Made by a program: the position numbers and the translations under genes. Positions 60,595-64,000 of a stretch of DNA of 64,000 bases are shown in pieces. The stretch comes from the human T2T-CHM13v2.0 reference genome, Homo sapiens. How positions within the stretch are numbered: the first letter of the stretch is position 1; each line of letters begins with the position of its first letter. The notes under the pieces are model-generated. The model saw nothing but the letters and a program-made list of their open reading frames with translations, had not been told where the DNA came from and made no database searches. The DNA lies in assembly GCF_009914755.1 (NCBI RefSeq), contig NC_060932.1. One strand, written 5' to 3'.

Positions 60595-61946
60595 ACTTTG
60601 ATTTTTATTTACATGGATCAGTCTGGGTGTGTGGAGGGACAGAGGTGATTTGGAGGAGAGCTGTGAGGATCCAGAAGATGATGGGAGTGGAAAAGAGGAG
60701 GTAGAGACTCAGAAGCAGAATAAATAAGGGAGCTGGGTAAAGGCAGAACAAGAAAAGCTGGAGGAATCACCTGGGGAGCTAAAGGAATGCTGGGAATGAG
60801 CTCCCCACCACCAGGGATCCCTATTTGATCGGTACAGGTAGCTGAGCACTGGGGAAAGACATTCAAAACAGCCAGGTGATTTCAATAGGCTGCAAAGCTG
60901 AGAGCCGGAGCTCCAGGCCATGCCATGGCCTCTTATCTGGGAGCCTCACCACGCAGGTGTCCAGGTGGCCTCCACCCAGTGTAGACAAGCCAGCCATGCT
61001 TCTCGCCACCTGGACCCTGGGGTGAGGTCTTGAGCAACATCAATTTCCATCCAATCTAAACTTAAATATGGGCACGCCCAGCCTCCCTCCTGGGAAAGCG
61101 TCTGAGTGGAGCTGTTCTGCATGACCTGGGTGGCCTTTTGTGACATGTTCTCAGGGGACTCTGCTGGGCTGTCTGCTCCTCCTGCCTAACTGTATTGGCA
61201 CATGGTTTATCCTGTTCAGCATTTTCTTATATAGGTAATCTTTTTCTAAAAAAGAAATTGCTTGTTTTCTAAAGGCAAATGTAACACACTATTTTCCCCA
61301 AAAAAAACATGAAGTAGAAAATGAAAATCGCCCTTAATCTCAACACCCAAAGGTGACGCCAGTTGAGAACTGGAGAACCAGCAGCTGACCTGGTTGTCAC
61401 AGCTGGGGCTTGATGTCCCATTGAGCACAATCAGCGTCTCAGAGCACCAGCACCAGCCAAGGCCACTGTGACTGTGAAGATCGAAACAAAAACAAGAGCA
61501 CAGTCCAAACCACAAAAATAACCCACCATCCCCCTATCCTGGCTAATGGGTGACTATTTTCTTTGTTTTTGTGTGTGGTTGTTGTTTCTACCAATTTATA
61601 GCCTCAGTCAATTCATCTCCATAAGAACTATTAGACACTCATCTCATCCAATCCAGAGCAAAGATCTGCTTCCTTGCACCATCCCCAAGCTTCCAGCTAC
61701 CTACCCCAGGCCCACATCTTATTATGAGTCCTTTCCTGCTCCTCTTACTGGGACACCCCACGGTTCCCATGGTGTGCGTGCTTCCAAACTGCAATAAGCT
61801 GGTAAACCCAACTCCACGTGTGGTCCTGGTGGTCTCTGGCTGGGGCGCATTGACACCACAGAATTTGGAAAATACCCCTCTAGACATTATTTTTTCTATG
61901 AACATAGATATATTTTTATTTTAAAAATGAGAGAGGACTGCAATTC

Positions 61947-62253
61947 TTTTTTTTTTTTTTTTTTCTTTTTTGAGCCAGGATCTCACTCTGTCACCCAGGC
62001 TGGAGTGCAGTGGTGTGATTATAGCTTACTGCAGCCTCTAACTCCTAGGCTCAAGTGATCCTCCTGCCTCAGCCTCCCAAGTAGCTGGGACTACAGGTAT
62101 GCACAACCACGCCCAGCTAATTTTTAAAGTTTTTATAGAGATGGGGTCTCCCTATGTTGCCCAGGCTGCTCTCAAACTCCTGGCATCTAGCAATCCTCCC
62201 ACTTCAGCCCCTCAAAGCACTGGGATTACAGGAGTGAGTCACCACGCCCAGCC
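61947..62253 (-). mobile_element. AluJ
   Basis: Reverse Alu; TSD AGAGAGGACT(gc/at)AATTCT. Confidence 0.92.
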
Positions 62254-62402
62254 AAGAGAGGACTATAATTCTATTTTGCACTTTAAAAAAATGAGCAATC
62301 TCTTAGGAATATTATTTGAAAGAGCTGTTGTTGTACAGATGTTGTAGGCTCACTAATACCACTTTCTAAGTGTGTGATGATATGTTTCTTTAAGGCTTTT
62401 GA

Positions 62403-62718
<316 letters not shown>

Positions 62719-63559
62719 TAATGCTTTTTTGATATCAGCCATGGACTGCTGGCTTTCTTTGGCAAATTCTGAGAAGGATCACCTCTTTACCAGGCTTTGG
62801 GTGTGGAGAAGCCACAGGTGAGGGCGGAGATACTGCAACCATTCCCCATGGGGCAGGACACAGGGCCTCTCAGGTGTGGCAGGATAAGTGGCCACACATG
62901 CAGAGCCAAGCTTCAGAGCTGGCTTTGAAAGGAGGTTCTCACTCCCCAGCCCCAAAGGTGGCTCCCCCAAAGATCAGGCATGTGGAACGCATTTCACTCT
63001 CAGCTTTCAGAATACCCACTGCATTAGAGGGGATTCATTTGGGCTAATAAGGCTTGGAAGCCATTTGGCAGATTTATGTTTCAGAGAGAGGTTCTCCAGG
63101 GCAGTGGAGCCAACAAAATTCGGAAACAGCAAGGTCAGTTCAGCTCTGTTAACTAATTCAACACAAGTCCGTTAAATCAATGCCAGGCAATGGGCCTTGT
63201 TCTAGCTGAGTGCTCCTCAACCTCTGCTTTGTACCCAAATCACCTGGAATCTGCTTACGACAGACAGATTCCCTAAGTCTGGGTCGGGTCTGAGATTCCG
63301 CATTTCCAACAAGTCCATGAGTGCTGCTGATGCTGCCAGGGAGTCACCAGGCCCTTGCTGTCCTGCCAGCATTTGCTACCCCCCTAAGTCTCCTGCAAAA
63401 CCCCCCTCACTGCCTGCCAACAGGAGCAGAGAGTGTATTGAGGACCACATGACATATTGAGACCTCTCTTCCCACAGTGGAGAAGTCTTCCAGTCCGTGC
63501 ATGGATGATGCCACCACTGGCTAAATGTCCTCTTCTCCAGCAGTTGAAACAGTAGCTTT

Positions 63560-63998
<439 letters not shown>

Positions 63999-64000
63999 GC

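Overview
Primate, almost certainly human, genomic DNA: it carries an AluYa5 with all five diagnostic changes at 55770-56069. The window is GC-moderate and repeat-dense, with about 40 Alu elements or fragments plus many MIR, L2, old L1, MaLR/ERVL/ERV1 solo LTRs and hAT/Tc-mariner MITEs. I recognise no protein-coding gene, rRNA, tRNA or CRISPR array; the ORF track is explained by Alu/L2/LTR-derived frames, microsatellites and chance GC-rich frames. It reads as intergenic or large-intron sequence, and I cannot name the locus. Most notable items: a 5 x 53-bp minisatellite, an intact MADE1 hairpin (miR-548-like), the young AluYa5, three monomer-rearranged Alus, a template-switch-like duplication/inversion at 41.8-42.3 kb, a MIR-internal micro-array of NR5A/ERR-like motifs, an unexplained exact 20-bp direct repeat, two CpG-retaining patches and several strong candidate splice-site pairs (possible lncRNA exons). 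I found no convincing new biological system. All repeat calls were made by eye from remembered consensus sequences, so subfamily names and boundaries (about +/-10-30 bp for old elements) need RepeatMasker/Dfam confirmation.
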